Below are positions 62,949 to 64,000 of a stretch of 64,000 nucleotides of DNA, piece by piece. The position numbers and the translations under genes are program-made. Position 1 is the stretch's first letter, and every line of letters begins with the position of its first letter. The stretch is from contig NC_082707.1 of the NCBI RefSeq assembly GCF_030144855.1, positions 81,716,001 through 81,780,000 on the forward strand, in the 5' to 3' direction. The DNA comes from Hypanus sabinus. Its lineage: Eukaryota. The notes under the pieces are model-generated. The model was not told where the DNA came from. It made no database searches and saw only the letters and a program-made list of their open reading frames with translations.

Positions 62949-63319
62949 TAAGTCATAACCTCTGATTGGAAGCATAGAGTGGACTTGAAAAAGGATTAGT
63001 GTTTTAAGCATCCAAAGCATTTTGTTTGAAAAGGTTCATCTCTCTTTAACCATTTAACATAATTAGGATAAAAGTTGTGGTATTTAGTGGGTCATGGAGA
63101 GGTCTGGATGGTAATGTGGAAATGGAGGTTATGCTCATCATCAACTACCGTTAAGACTTTTGAAGTTGTTTTAATCATCCAGAAAATTACCTCAATAACC
63201 AGGTCATGTCAGAAATGATGTATATCAAGCAGCTTGCCTCTTAACTGCCCAAAGCTTATGTGGATTCAGAAGACACAAGATCAACATGAAATAATCTTTA
63301 CATGCTTGAATAGTGTATT

Positions 63320-63862
63320 TATTGACTGTCTGCATTACGACCTGGTATGGGAACACCAATGTTTTTGAGTGGAGGATCCTGCAAAAGGTCATGGATTTGG
63401 CCTAATAAATCATGGGTAAAGCCCTTTGAACCATTAAGCACATCAAGATGAAACATTGCTGTAAAAAATCAGCATCCTTCATCAAAGATCCTCATCACCC
63501 AGGACTTGATCTTTCCTTGGTGCTGCCATCAATAAGAAGATACAAGAGCCTCCGGACTTGCAATACCAGGCTCAAGAAAAGTTACAACCCTTCAAACATC
63601 AGACTCTTGAACAAAAGAGGATGGCTGCACTCATTCTATTTCTGATGTTCTCACACTTTTAAGGACTCTTTATCTTGTTATTTTATGCTTGTTATTTATT
63701 GCTATTTATTTTCATTTGTATTTGCACAGTTTGTTGTTCATTGATCCTGTTCACAGTTACTGTTCTGTAGCTTTGCTAAGTATGCCTGCAGGAAAATGAA
63801 TTTCAAGGTTGTATGTGATGACATGTATGTATCCTGATAGTAAATTTTACTTTGAACTTTGA
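63320..63862 (+). mobile_element. Rex1/Babar-like LINE 3' fragment
   Basis: ORF 63448-63645 (ASFIKDPHHPG..LPSIRRYKSLRTCNTRLKKSY); tail tttactttgaactttga. Confidence 0.85.
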
Positions 63863-64000
63863 TAAGAAGATCTGCAAAACATTCTAAATATTGCAGCGTA
63901 ATCCATGGCCAAGCTAGCCATGTGATCAGTACATCACTCATGAGCCTAAGTATCTACTTCCACCTACCTGCACCATGTACTATCTCCATCAGTCACACTG

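Overview
Eukaryotic, AT-rich, repeat-dense intergenic or intronic DNA. The repeat inventory points to a cartilaginous fish, probably a ray (inference). I could not support any host protein-coding gene; the recognisable ORFs in the track are transposable-element remnants. Contents: many CR1/HER1-type LINEs (young ~2.6 kb copy at 15030-17649; ~3.2 kb copy with an ORF1 esterase remnant at 29900-33114; nested near-full-length copy at 22755-28970), Rex1/Babar-like LINE fragments and non-coding derivatives, and Penelope-like elements (RT + GIY-YIG). There is also a decayed Ty3/Gypsy pol with its 3' LTR, three solo LTRs with TSDs, an L1 3' fragment with a G-quadruplex-type tract, a Chapaev3-like DNA transposon, a piggyBac-type MITE, tRNA/V/Deu SINEs and an RTE-derived bipartite element. 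The most notable signal is RNA-level: Penelope termini carry minimal hammerhead-ribozyme cores (intact cores at 57663-57698 and 34187-34233). This terminal module also occurs as at least five tiny stand-alone insertions, mostly fold-back, each flanked by a 9-15 bp target-site duplication. Family names come from motif recognition, not database searches, and most boundaries are approximate unless a TSD is quoted.
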